A DNA stretch of 64,000 nt, from positions 1 through 64,000 of the forward strand of contig JAPEUD010000047.1 in assembly GCA_026026165.1 (NCBI GenBank), given 5' to 3'. Position 1 is the first letter of the stretch. Each line of letters opens with the position of its first letter. The notes under the pieces are model-generated. The model saw only the letters and a list, made by a program, of their open reading frames with translations, was not told the origin of the DNA and ran no database searches. Position numbers and translations under genes: made by a program. The stretch comes from Sarea resinae (taxonomy: Eukaryota). Positions 26,659 through 39,866 of this stretch are shown here, piece by piece.

Positions 26659-27420
26659 GATATCTTCGAAGCTTGAGTGAGGGGAGAGATCAATAGCTAT
26701 GTCGCTTTGCATTTGATAGATTAAGGAGAGAAGAAGCTGAGCGGCATCGTTAAGCTAGAGTAGGACCGGCTTCCTACGTCATGTACGATAGCCCCATAGA
26801 TGAAGGGATCCCTGGTTCGCGGACTAGTGATCTTCTACTGCGTCGACTTGCTTGGTGGAGGTATGGTATTTTTCCCGACGGCTTGGAGTTGAAACGAGCA
26901 ACTCATCTGCTGGACTCCATCGAACAGGATAAGCACGCCACAACGTAAGTCTTACAACGTACTATGGGAGTGTTCAGCATCGCCCTTGTGCACGTCCGTT
27001 GCTCTTCGCGCAGATCGTCAGGGTGCAGAGGGATCCCCCGGTCGAGGGCCAGAATGGATCATCGAGTTCGTTGCCTCACCGGTCTCGTATCCTCGGTTCA
27101 GATGCGCTCCGGCGACAGCTGTGTCGAACCACCCGCTGGGATCTTCTAGGATAGAATCGTCAGATCCAGTATGGACCGCTGAGCTTGGACGAAGCTGTCT
27201 CCTTTTGACGTCGACGTCGACTGGGTGCGGACCGAGCCATGGATCACAGAGGCAAGCAGGGGATTTGGTGCACATTAGATAAGAATGGGGGGTCGGCCAG
27301 CGGCCTGGACCACTGGATCTTCACTGGCGGGGACTGAAAGGAGAAAAGGACGAACAGAGAGAAGAAAAGGTTGGGCGAATGGCAGGGACGACGGAACCAA
27401 CTACGTCGGTCCAGGGCCAA

Positions 27421-27470
27421 GTGGGCAAGGTGGGCGAGGTGGGCAAGGTGGACATGGTGGACAAGGGAGG
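27421..27470. repeat. Degenerate 9-bp tandem repeat (GGGCAAGGT-like, ~5 copies)
   Basis: gggcaaggt gggcgaggt gggcaaggt ggacatggt ggacaaggg. Confidence 0.7.
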
Positions 27471-29231
27471 TGGGTAAGGTGGGAGACCGTCAGGAGGAGC
27501 AGGAGGAGTCGGAGGAGTAGTAGCAGTAGTAGCAGTCACGATCCTCCCCATCACCCGAACTATCCCCAAGGGAGCCCGCCCCCCAGCTTCCCTTGGATTA
27601 GTTGCGCAAATACCAGATTACTCGAGTATTCTGCAGTTCTCTGGCACGGTAGCGGCCAAGAATGGCCAAGCCGTTCGTACCTTAGGTAAGGTAGGTACCT
27701 CAGGCAGTACTTCGCCCTTCGACTACGCAGATGCTTGGTACGAAGTACGAATACTGAAGTACACCAGAGACGAACTGGAGGCCCTCGATACCCGATGCCA
27801 TGAGATAATGCAAACGTTGACATTGCAGTCTCTCGGTCATCATCCATGGAAGCCACAATTTACTTCACTCCAAGATGCACTCTGGAGATTGTCTGTGCTG
27901 TGCCTTCAACGGCGCAGGCTCAGCATGCACAATGAACTCAACTCGACGTGGTCTCGAGTACTTGGCCATCCACCTTACATACCTTATATTGCCCTCCATG
28001 AGCCAGTCATACCTGGGTAGGAGAGTTCTCGAGCTCTCGAGCAGTGAGCTTTCCAATGATCAACGGTCCGTGTGGATTCGATCCTATCACGACGAGTTAG
28101 GGCACCATCCCTGAACTGGCAAAACCGCAAATCCGCAATCGACGGCACATCCATTGATCTAGGGCTCTCGACGGGCGGCCACGTACTCTGCACGTACGAA
28201 CGCCTCCAGTTTCCCCTCACTCGGGGCGATGCCACCGTAGAAGGAAGGCCACACCTCTGGGGAGAGGCTTGCATCATCATCCTCTTCCTCATCGTGCCCA
28301 TGAAGTTCCCCATCCTGTTCTTCCCCCAACGACTCTCGGAGACTTTATTCTTCATGCTGGCGATCCTCTCTCTCTGTGCATGACTCAACTAGGGGGGAGG
28401 GGGCCCCCTTGGCTCTCCCAAGCTTGACCCCGGACCCTGAGCCCTTGGCCACGAACCCTGAGCCCTGCTAGTGCAATATGCTCCCATCGCATCATCACCA
28501 AACGGTTCGGAAAATCAGAGAGCAATCTACGATCTTCCTTCTCAAATTGGACCTAGTCGCCTTCTTCCGTAGATCATGATCATTCGACGCGCTTGGCACT
28601 TGAACTATTCTAGGTGCTCTCTGGCGACTCTGGAGTACGACGCAGTACATTGCTCTGCATGCTTTGGCGTATTGTGTACCAAGTACCGTGCCTATCCTGC
28701 ACCTGTACCGCTGGCATCGACTACTCCGAGTAATCTCTCCTAAGGTCGACTACGACGTAGTACTGGCGACTAACTCGTTCACCCATGCCTCACCCAGCCC
28801 TGGCAGCATGTCGCACAGTGCAAAGAATTCGCGGCAATCAGAGGGCTCATGCATGATGCATTACATAACCAGAGGCATTCGAGAGGGGGCCATTCAGATT
28901 CGCCGCTCTTTTGGACCGTCGCCTTCGTCATCATCATCATCGGAAGGATCTACATCAGTCGATTCGACCACGCCAACCGGAAGGGACTTCATTGCCGTCC
29001 ATACTGTCCGATTTGCGCATGATCTACCTTGAGTGGCTGCTGTCCTCGATCACCATTGCTCGCTACCTCACGTTTGTTGCCTAGGTCCCCCGATCATCCG
29101 TTGAGACGCACCCTGCCAGCGTCAAAGTCGAGCAGGCATAGAAAGAGTAACGAAGCAAGAAAGAGCCCATCAGAGGCCCCAAGAGGGTTCGAGCCATCGA
29201 GCTATCCTGTCGCCTGTGATTTGCTCCAATC

Positions 29232-30966
29232 ATGGTAATAGAGCTTTACCACTTTCGCCCCCAGGGCAATGAGAAGATCAGATTCAGTTGTGCTTTTAAG
29301 ACCTTTCCTAACAAGATCACTTCAGGCGAATCTCGAATGTAAATTGCACGTCTTGATCGTTGGCGCCGGCCTGGGGGGCTTGGCCGCCGCCATCGGTTGC
29401 GCTCGAGCGGGGCACATTGTCACAGTTCTAGAAGCGGCAAAGGAAATCACAGAAGTGAGATCGCTTTTCTTCTGCAGGTGGTGCCATCTTGACCTCATAG
29501 TTGGCTCTTGTTCAATGGTATCCTGTAAAAGATGATGACAGTGTCCATCTAGGTCGGTGCTGGGCTTCAGATCACCCCAAATGCTTCCCGCTTGATCCAG
29601 AAGTGGGGACTAGGAGATGCTTTGCAGGAAGCGGCCGCAGAGCCGACCTCCCTAACGGTGCACAGGTATTCAGACGGAAAAATCCTGGCCACTGAGCACG
29701 CCTTCAATATTCATATGCGAGAAAAATATCATGCTCCATTTCTTGATCTTCATCGTGCCGACTTGCAACGTATTCTATATGACCACGCTCAACACCTTGG
29801 GGTCGAGTTTCATCTGGCAGCGCGGGTCACTGATCTAGACCTCAGTGGTCCTACTGTCAAGGTCGAAACAGGGTCTATATACGCTGCGGATCTTGTCATT
29901 GCTGCCGATGGTTTATGGTCCCGATGCCGGGAGATATTCCTTGGCGAGAGTGACCCTCCAATACCGACGGGGGACCTTGCTTATCGTATAGTGCTATCTT
30001 TGGACGCGATCGAAGAAGCAGATCTTCGTGACCTGGTTGCGAAGCCAGCTGTCCACTTCTGGATAGGTCCCGGTGCCCATGCTGTGGGATATTCTTTGAG
30101 GGGTGGGGAGATGTATAACCTCGTCCTCCTAGTTCCCGATGATTTACCCGAAAATGTTTCCCGGCGGCCCGGCTCTGTGGAAGAGATGCGAGCTCTCTTT
30201 ACCGATTGGGATCCGCTGTAAGAGCTGAAGCGTGGCTCGGGATGCGTATGCAGCGACACTAAAAGCTTATAGGCTCAACCGCTTGCTGAACTTGGTTCAG
30301 ACCGTGGATAAGTGGAAGTTGATGCATCGTGAGTATAGGAGACCTGGTTTGAGGTTCATCTCACAGAACGATTTACTTTGAATAGGGCCAACGCTCAAGT
30401 CTTGGATTAACGAGGAACATAATTTCTTGATGATGTAGGTCAAGGCTTATTTATGCCTTGCCCAAGAAGCACTCACTCACGAGAGCAGTGGCGATGCCTC
30501 CCATCCAATGCTGCCATATCTTGCTCAGGGAGCCAACAGTTCGATGGAGGATGGTGCTGCGCTCGGCACGCTGCTAGAGAACTTAAAGTCTAAATCAGAG
30601 CTTACTCGCATCTTAGAGACATTCCAGCACTTGCGCAAGATCCGCGGAGAAGCTATTGCTCGCGAGACGTTCAGACAGGTAGGTAATTCCTTTTCCGGCC
30701 CCTTGAAGCTGCGAGAGAAACTGCGGTAGCTGATTATTCAGCGTGAGTCTTTCCATATGCAAGATGGACCCGAACAAGAAGAGCGCGATCGTCTTTTTCT
30801 ATCGTACCTAGGAAAGGAAATCGCCTGCGAGTTCCCCAGTCGATGGTAAGCATCCCTCGCCCTGTGATTCCCATGAGAAAGCTAAGGCGGTCGAAGGACC
30901 TGCCCTAAAGTCCAGCCCTGGTTGTACGGCTATGATGCCATTCAGGCCGCACGAGATGCGCTTTGA
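29232..30966 (+). CDS. Group A flavoprotein monooxygenase (salicylate hydroxylase-like), multi-exon
   Basis: Rossmann motif 'VLIVGAGLGG', 'EVGAGLQITPNAS', DG motif 'DLVIAADGLWS', GD motif 'GDASHPMLPYLAQGANSSMEDG', C-terminal 'WLYGYDA'; first coding exon is only the ATG (29232-29234), intron to 29325. Confidence 0.92.
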
Positions 30967-32124
30967 TATCATCCAGCATCGTGTCGAAGAACATGACCAC
31001 AAGAGAGGCACTCGTTATCAGCAATCCAGATGACTTTGACACAGACCAAGAAGATACGATAGAGACGAAAGCCAACAAACGTCCAACTTTTCAGGGAAGA
31101 GATGGCATCATTCCTTAGCCATCTCTGTTGCTCTACGCCACTCAACTGGTACGTAATGAAGAGCAAGCTGACGGGTAAAGCGCAGTGATATCTTTTCCAA
31201 ACAGCAGACACAATGAAAATCTCAATCCATTTTTGCACTTGGCGCATTCCCTTCTCAGAACTGTGCCTTAATCTCTGAATTTTGCTCATTCTGAGGGCAA
31301 GTCCAATAGAGGCAGTACACATCTCGTGGCGATGATTCGGCTACACTTTACTGATCTGAACATTGCGCGACTTACATGGATGCGAAGCTACCTCCACTGC
31401 CTACTATGGTACTTCGTACAGAGTACTTCGTCCTCCAGATTACATGTACGAAGTACGGCATCCGAGGGTCCATCCACATCGTATTTATGGTACCTTGCGT
31501 GAATCCGATCATCTCGGAGCTTGGATGAATGCCGTGAATGTCAGATCAACGAAAAAGTGCAACGTCCAAAGGTTTCATGCACCTCCTCAGCGTATCAAAG
31601 ATAGGGACCCTCATGCAGAGATTTCCTCCTTGCTTGAGCTGGAACCACGATCATGCCGATTGTCCCGATCGACCCAGATAGATCATTAATTGTCATATGC
31701 ACTGCAACCTGGCCCGGTATCGGGTTTGGATGGGCCCGTCAAGTTCCATTGAGAAGAAGACGAAAAGTCTTCGCTCGAATATTTGACATGCACGCGTCAA
31801 GGTGTTTAGCAGCCAAATATCATCTTCGTAACAGGATAGATTCCCCGCCTCTCCTCTCCTCTCCTCTCCTGCTGTATTCCTTGGTATTGAGACGGTCTGC
31901 AACTGCAGCTACGACCGTAGTGAGATCATCCAAGCCGGCGGGTTTCGCCGTTCCCGTTTCCCCGCTACAGCCCAAGGTAGTTTGGAGAGCAGCGTCACGA
32001 CGTCCCCAGCCCTCTAGGAAGGCCGTAGCTGGTGCTGTGCGTCTTCTGCTCACCGCACGCCATACACACTTCCATCGGATCGTCTTCGTTGCTATGTCGT
32101 CCATCTTGCAATTTGGAATCTGCC

Positions 32125-34897
32125 ATGCCAATCTTTCATGACCTCGACGGCCGGTCACCTCCGGCAGCTCAGCGTCTTGAGGTTGAGGAGCAGGCGACCA
32201 AGGGATGGGGCTTTCCGGAACAGAATCTCCCCTCCAAGGAGCTCGAGAGGCCAACGCCTCATAGCCAATCTCATGATGGAGCTTTGCCGGGACGTACGAG
32301 GCCCGATATCGAGGATTTAAAGCTACGGGCGAGTGACCGCGGAGAGCTCATAGAAAGGCTCAAGAAAAGGGAGGGCCCTGTCTGGGCGCCAAATCGAGTT
32401 GTAAGTCACTGTTATCGCAGACCTCGGATTCTATGCCGGTTTATGATATGACGCTCTTTGATCTCCGAGGTTATGGTAGCTCCATTCCTAGATCTGAGCT
32501 TTGTTGGCCTTGCTCTGTTGCCACCTTCCTTGGGACTCCGAGACACCGTCAGGTGTTTGCCAGGACACTGAAGAGTTCTTGCAACACATCCACACTCTCT
32601 TTCGATCATCTTTCATAGCACAAGCTGACTCCAAGTCTCTGTCTCAGGTTCCTCACTACACTCGTGATCATGACGACCCTTACCGCTTTCCGTCGCCTCC
32701 GCTCCTCGCTGAGAACTTACCTCTCGCTCCATTACTACCACCTCCTGAACTCCCCGAACGGTCTATCTCTCCTCGTTTCCACCGCGATGGGAATCCGAAT
32801 GACGCAGCCGAAATCGAGAGGCCTAAGTCTGCATTGCACGCCGGGGACTTCACGTCAGACCGCGTACTGAAAGACACATCACATATGTCAGCAAGACCTT
32901 CGGACTCGAATCTGTTAGGCCCCTTGGGTTCTTTCCCGGAGCACCCTTGGTACACGTCTGCTTCTTCTCCTCCTGCCTCCCTCCATTTTCATACGGAGCA
33001 TCATATCTCTCAGGCAGAAAATAAGCATACTTACGAGCCATCAACACGGTCTCGCGCACCTTCTTTGTCCTCGTTCTCATCTAGCTTTGTTCTCAAAGCT
33101 CCCACAAGTCCTCTCGTCCAGCAATCCAACAACACTGATCTCGACTTCTCTCCGAAGACAGATCCAATAGAGATATCAATGAGTCCTGGAAAAGGCAACC
33201 GACGACACACGCTTCCTCCTAACGCGCTATACTCACTTCAGTCCTCGTCGCCCATGGATGTGCGAAATTCTAAACGAGTGCCTTCTTTGCGAAGGGAAGG
33301 CACTTTCCCTTATCAAGCTCATCAGCCGCGAAGATCTTTGACGTCTAATATGAGTCTTCTTCACTCATCGAATTCTCAGACTCCAATACCTTTCCGCTCT
33401 CGCAGATCTTCAATATCTTCAGATGTCTCTCCCCTCCACCATGCGCCATTAGTTGGCTCTTATGAAGAGTCAATTCTGCGCGGAAGGATGTCTATGACTC
33501 CTTCCAGGCCACTGAACTTTATGGCGCAGATCGGTGTGCTCGGAAAGGGTGAGTGCAAGGCCAGCCTCCGGTGCCCTCCACACGTCACGATATCCTTTCC
33601 AGCTGTTTTCTATAACCAATGGAGTAGCGGCGGAGATAGCAGTGGAGGTGCCTCAGTCTTGGAAGATGGGCCAAGTCCGTATGTTGGGCTGATCGATATT
33701 GAAAGCGGCATCAAACCTCCCAAAACGGGTAAGAGAGATAAGAGGAATGCGACGCTCAAACCTGACAGCCACCGAGACGGTGGACGAACAGATTCAAGCT
33801 TTACGACTGGGCAAATAAATGAAGTTCCGGCGCCGCGGCTAAATATGCAAAGCAAAGAAAAGAGAAAGCGAAGATCTCTATCACCGAAAGCGCCGCCAGG
33901 CGGTTCCTACCGCATACCTCAGCAAGGGCAGCTGCAAATCGTCTTGAAGAACCCAAACAAGACGGCCGTGAAGTTATTTCTGGTACCTTATGATCTACGA
34001 GGTATGGAATCAGGGACGAAAACCTTCATCAGGCAGCGGAGCTACTCATATGGCCCTGTCATTGATATGCCTCAACGTTTACCTCCGGCTTTTGCCAATA
34101 ATGGTGCTGATCGGCCGATGCTTCGTTATCTGATACATCTACATATATGCTGCCCTTCGAAGGGACGGTATTTCCTGTACAAGAGCATTCGGGTCGTTTT
34201 CGCCAATCGCGTACCGGATGGTAATGAGAAGCTTCAAAACGAGATACAATACCCAGAACCTAGATTCAGTGTCTACAAACCATGCAGAGAGTACGGCGAT
34301 GTTATGCACTCCATTCATGCAAGTGCTTCTGGAAGTCCTCGCAGGCGGGCCACTGGGGCAATTGATTCCACACACATGGACGTCGACGATGGATTTGATG
34401 ATCGTCGTTCAGCTGTTCCTCCGGGGTCGAATCCAGCATCCAATATCTCGCCTCGGTCTTTCTTACCTGTGTTCACACCGCCCATATTCTATCCGTCTGC
34501 ATCACGGCTTGATCGAGGTGGCGATATGCAAGTTGACGACGCGTTCATATCTCCTACCTCGACAGCACCAGCACTATTCGGACCACCAACAAAGTCGGCC
34601 TCTCAAACCTTCTCTTCTAGCTACAAGAAAGAACCCGAGGACCTTCATTCACACCATGCTTCCGAGTCTTGTATGAGTGGTGACTACAACAAACTCAGCA
34701 AAGGCGACGTCGGCTATGGCGGGATCCCATATAGTTGTCAGACCCATGGCTTCCCTTGCCGTGACAGTAGCGGGGCGGGAAGTGCTGGTAATGGAGCCGG
34801 CGACGAGCTCTCGAGTCTACTAGCGCGCCATCTCAAGGGACTCGAAATGCGGAAATCGGAGGATGCAGGGCGTGCGGACCCGAGCGAGGACTTTTGA
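32125..34897 (+). CDS. DUF4210 / Chromosome_seg domain protein (FAM214/Atos-like), 2 exons
   Basis: Intron 32401-32647 keeps frame; motifs 'LVGSYEESILRGRMS', 'FMAQIGVLG', 'SPYVGLID', 'YRIPQQGQLQIVLKNPNKTAVKLFLVPYDL', 'LRYLIHL', 'LYKSIRVVF'. Confidence 0.88.
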
Positions 34898-35629
34898 GTA
34901 TGGTTCGTGATTTTCTTCAACACCCATGTGTGAGCGACGAGCGTCATTCCTGCATTTGTCTATCTATTCGATCACATTCGAGGCGTTGTTGCATAGCGGG
35001 CGCTCTCATCATCTCCCGCCTTTTTGGGGGGTCGTTTCCTATCTCATTCATCTATCATCCGTACCTTCGGGGAGCTACAGAATCGGCAATCTAGGAGCTG
35101 GAGCAACTGGTCCGCGGCGTCACATGGGGATTGATCAGGTTACCAGGGAGTTGGTTCAAGCAGGTAGGTAGGTAAATACGTGGCGCATCACCCCTCTAGT
35201 CGTATCTGTCTATCTGGCTATTCATCATCTGGCTGGTATTGGCGCAAACCAGTATTGTCGCTGTCATTCTTCTAACTGTTATGGCTCAATATCAGGGGGG
35301 AAGAGAAACTTTTCATTATGGTAGCAATCTAGCTAGCTAGCTCGTGGTGCTTGTTTTGGAAAATAGGTAGGGAAAGTGGAAGGGGAAGTGGAAATGCACT
35401 ATATCTATCTATCTCTCCATTTGTTGGGACTTATATTCGATTATTTGATCCCGCCATGTAATGTCATGTCATCTATCTCTCTATGGATGGCAACGTATGA
35501 GAAATCATTGTTCCCCGTGATCATGTAGAACGATCATGTTCATGGTTGATGGTTCCATACATTAGCGGATCCCTAACTGTGTTTTTTGGGGGGGTCTGTC
35601 TGCAATGGGGTGTTTGGCTGCAGGATAGG

Positions 35630-36073
35630 TATACAATATATATATATATTTATTGATATAAGATATACACCATCTCAACAATCAAACACATATACTCTCT
35701 CTCCCTATCCTATCCTATCCTATCCTACCACCCAATACCTACAACCTATCTACATACCTACAGCGTACATAGCGTACATACGTACGTATGTCATACATCA
35801 GTAGGGTAAGGTAAGGTATACTCACCTCATCACCGACGCCGATTTCAGTCAGACAAATGACAACCTGCAAAACTCCAAACTCTAAAAGGATTCCTGGGTC
35901 TTCAGGCGTCGCAGGGCTAGTTGTCAGGTTTTATTTACCGCCTGGCTGGCTGGCTGGCTGGCTCGGTAGCCTCACGGCGGGATCGAGGACTGAGTAAGGT
36001 CAGGCAAATTAATTGCTTTTCTCCGGAGTTTATGAGGCCATAGAAAAGGCCGACCCAGCAATTGAGACGTTGG

Positions 36074-36109
<36 letters not shown>

Positions 36110-36305
36110 ATGGATGAGTACTGGAGATGGAGAGGGAGAGAGCTGTGGGGCTTTTTAGGGATTGAATTCAGTCTTGGACGAGATGAGATGAGATGGGATG
36201 AGATGGGGCTGGAGCCAAGCCAGGCCAAGCTGTGTATTAAGACACTATTCGCTATTCATATCTGTGCCGGCCTCAGTAGTTCTCTCTCTCTCTCTCTCTC
36301 TCTCA
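35630..36305. repeat. Microsatellite-rich spacer between convergent genes
   Basis: (TA)n, (CCTAT)n, (GGCT)n, (GGAT)n, (GAGAT)n and (CT)n are visible. Confidence 0.85.
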
Positions 36306-36376
36306 CATCCTACCTCGAGCATCATGACTCGATGGCACTGCACGCACCAGCACCAGCACCAGCACTAGCTCCGTCT

Positions 36377-37295
36377 TCACGAATCGCCCTCACCGCCCTT
36401 GCTACTCTCCCCACCCCTGCCGGCCCACTCGACCCAGCTCCCAGGGAACTCGCCCACGCGCTCAAAGCCGCCCTGGACGGCGAGTTTCGCCGCGGCCCGA
36501 CTGCGCACGCCGGCCTTGCAGTAGAACACGACCTCCTCGTTCTGCCCGTCGGGCTTGGGGAAGCCGAACCGGTCTTCGAATTCCTCGGCCGGCAGGAACA
36601 GGGCGTCGGGCGAGGAGGAGATGGGCATATTGAGCGCGGTGGGGATCGCGCCGGCGGAGAATTCGGAAGGTTCGCGGACGTCTGGAGGAGAGGAGGCGGG
36701 TGAGTACGTGACGCGCAGGAGATGTTGGGGAGGGAAGAGAAGAGATTGGGGGAAGGGGGCATCGTACCGATTAGGATTCGGTCTTTGCTGGGCTCTTCCA
36801 CTAGGGCTTTGACCTGTCAACCCAGAGGGCAGTCAGCAACAGCTATCGTAGGATTTACATGAGCGCAGTGAATGCCGCGGCGTAGATGGATGGGTTTCGT
36901 CGATTTCAGAACGTAGGTAAGTAGGTCGGCAAGCAGATCCCACAATCAGGAAAACCACAGCACAGAAATATAGCATATCAACATACATCGTCAAATCCAT
37001 ATTGCTTGACCTTGATCTCTTTGCCCTGCCCAGATTCATTTCTAGAAAGCCACCGCTGCTGCTGCTGCTGCTGAAGGCGCCTGGACCCAGCAATTCCTAT
37101 CCGGCGTGACGGACCAAGATGATTGAGAGCCAGAGATCTCCTCTCAATAAGCCGATTCGGTGACGATGATACGTGCAGAGACCGGGCTTGAGTCTGCTTT
37201 AGTGCGGCGACGGCGGCGGACACTGTGGAGGAGACGGAGGAGCGTGAACGGAGGGTAAGCAGGGCCCGAGGCAGGCAAAGATGGTGGGGTGGCAT
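36377..37295 (-). CDS. Single-domain rhodanese / thiosulfate sulfurtransferase (Rdl1/Rdl2-like), probably mitochondrial, 3 exons
   Basis: 'LI-DVREPSEF', 'GAIPTALNMP', active-site loop 'VFYCKAGVRS', 'FPGSWVEW'; Arg/Ser-rich N-terminal presequence. Confidence 0.9.
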
Positions 37296-38027
37296 TATTG
37301 TGTCACTGTTCCGGAGTGGGGCTGGGAGAGATGGTCAAGAGATAATGGAAGCTCTGATGGGATTGCTGGGTTGCTGAGGAGAAGGGACGAAATGATTTGA
37401 GATCTCGGGGATAAATGGTTGATTGAGCGGATTGATAAGATCTGGAGTGTTGATCCGCGCTCGCCAGTCAATTTATCGTAGTGGTGGTGATGATGCGAAA
37501 GCCGAGCTCGTCGGCCTCTACGTCACCGGCGAAATAGGAATCATACATATTGCCTCAACCACCTCCGGGCATCTACATTTGCCTGCTGTGAATTTGGGAT
37601 TTGTGAAACAGAATCGGCGTATTCATCAACTGAGATCAATAGATTCCAATTACCAAGGTGGATGATAAGATCGTCTTAATTACAAGAAACCGCCTCGCCT
37701 CATCGTCGCAACTTCGGCATACTGTAACGTCCCAAATACCTCAAATAGCGATGCGACTGAAATCTGCGCCATCTAAACTGGGCTTGGATGAGAAGGGTAG
37801 GGTAAAGTGTAAGAACCTCTCCAGCAGCAAAAGAACATATGCCATGTAATCAACGGTCTACTGTCGAGAGATAAAAAGATTCCAACCCAGCATCTGTCCG
37901 ACTAGATAGCCAGTACTCGGACACAGGGTAGCAAACACGGCGATGGCCGTTGCAGAGGTATTGGGAATAGAGGGCGCTCTCTCAACAGGGAAATCTATAC
38001 TAGCGGTAGAGAGAATTAGGAGAGCCA

Positions 38028-39866
38028 TTACGATCGTCGAGAGAAGGTTAGCGGGCAATCGTCCTGCAGGAAAATCGATCAGTATACAAGCTCTTCGGTA
38101 GTGTTCCAATATAGCTAGACCTACCTGCGGGAAAATGGTCGCAAAGACCTTTATCTTCTCCGAAAGAGGGGTGATGTGATGCTCCCAGTCCAGCTCCAAG
38201 CTGGCCTTCGAGAGCATTACCATCAGGTTCAAGATGGCATATGCCTGGCCGATGCAGATGTGGGGTCCAGCGCCGAAGACGAGCCAATTCTTCGAAGCTG
38301 ACTCGGCATCGCCTGTGATCCATCGGTCGGGGATGAAGGTATCAGGATCCGGGTATACTTCGGGGTCGTGGAGAGCTGGGTAAACCGAGGGAACCACCAT
38401 CGAGCCTAAAATACGTCAGAACCAGTGCACTTGAGCGAATCATGAGTAGTATATACCTTGAGGAACAGTGTACTCAGGAGAGATTGTAAATGGCCGCTTC
38501 ACGAGATATGGGACCATGATGACGGGAGGTCGGTATCTCAAGATCTCCTTAACCACTGCACGTGTATACGTCATCTTGTCGAGCAAGTCCATGTCGATTC
38601 TCATGTTCTTGTCACCATTTCGAACAGCCAGATTCTCCTCGCGAACTTTTTCCAAAACGTCAGGGCGGTCACCCATGACCTGGAACAGCCAGGTGCAGGC
38701 AGAGCTTGTGGCATCCTGAGAAGCGAAAAGGAAAGTGAAGATGGTCTGAGAGATCTCGAAGTCGCTGAATTCTCGCAGGATGATTGGCGGCTTCTCGGCG
38801 TCGTCCACTTGAATACCTTTAGCCAGCTTCTCGCGATAAACCCTCGACTCGATGATTTGCTTGACCCATCCATCCATGACACAGGTTACCTCGCCGCCAG
38901 CAGCCATTCTGATCTTGCTCTTCGCAGAGCATTTCGCGAATTCGTCCAAAACCATATCTGCGGCCTTCTTTCCGTACCAGGGTTTGGTGTAGGGAAGGAT
39001 TACAGGGAAATTCACCAGTTCGAGGGCCGCGGTGATCTTGTAGTAGTCGTCCGCAATTCGCTTTACAGTCTCGTCGGGGATATAATGACCGACGAAACTC
39101 CGGCAAGAGACGGCGCACATGATTTCACGGAATTCCGTCATGAAGGGATATGGCTTCATGTCGTTCTTCTTTGAAATTTCGACGAAATCGTCAAAGTATT
39201 TGTCGTAAACCTCCTGCTGACCGGGTAGATACGTCTCGAGAGCCTTTCGGGTGAAGAGACCGTTCAGCCCCTTTCGATACTCGACGTGTGGCCTTCCATC
39301 CAGGAAGACCCAATTGGTGGGACCCAAAAGCTTGTGGGCAATGTCGACTACGCAGGGTTTCGCATATGTAGGCGAATTGAAGACCTTGCGAGCCATATCG
39401 CGTGTGGACGCAATCACGACGAATCTGACCAATGCTTAGCCGCTATGTCATCGGAGAAGGTTCGGAACTGGGGAAATTCACTTGTGGAAGACAGATACGC
39501 AGCTCAAAGCACCGCTATCCCATTTGGCCATGTACTCCTCCATTTTAGGATTGACGGATTCCAGAAAGGGACCGATGAAGGGTATCTTGAACATTGGTCC
39601 AGCAATTGCTCCCTTATTCCAGATGTATTTGACTGGGCCCAAGTTAGCTTCGGGGTCCACTCGGTGCCCGAATGGTCTCCAACGAAGAGGGACTCACATT
39701 GATCGTAGGCAACGAGCATCAAAAAGAGCGTGAGGGCAATGGTCCATCCGTTCATTCCGCCGAGTACTTTCTGAACCATGCCACTGATATGGGGCTGATT
39801 TACGAAGACCCCATGATCCGCACTTGCGGCGGGCGAAGCAAAGCTTCCATTCACGACCTCGGCCAT
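38028..39866 (-). CDS. ERG5: Sterol C-22 desaturase, cytochrome P450 CYP61
   Basis: 'LVAYDQ', '[27 protein letters not shown]', '[11 protein letters not shown]', ExxR '[14 protein letters not shown]', heme motif '[10 protein letters not shown]', '[20 protein letters not shown]'. Confidence 0.96.

Noticed and set aside
29130..29200. GGTTCGAGCC resembling a tRNA T-loop / B-box
   Set aside because: No cloverleaf or acceptor stem in the flanking sequence
38458..39174. 238-aa antisense ORF over ERG5, and similar antisense or alternate-frame ORFs over eIF5B, the Fyv7-like gene and the GYF gene
   Set aside because: Expected shadows of codon bias and low-complexity coding sequence; no recognisable motifs
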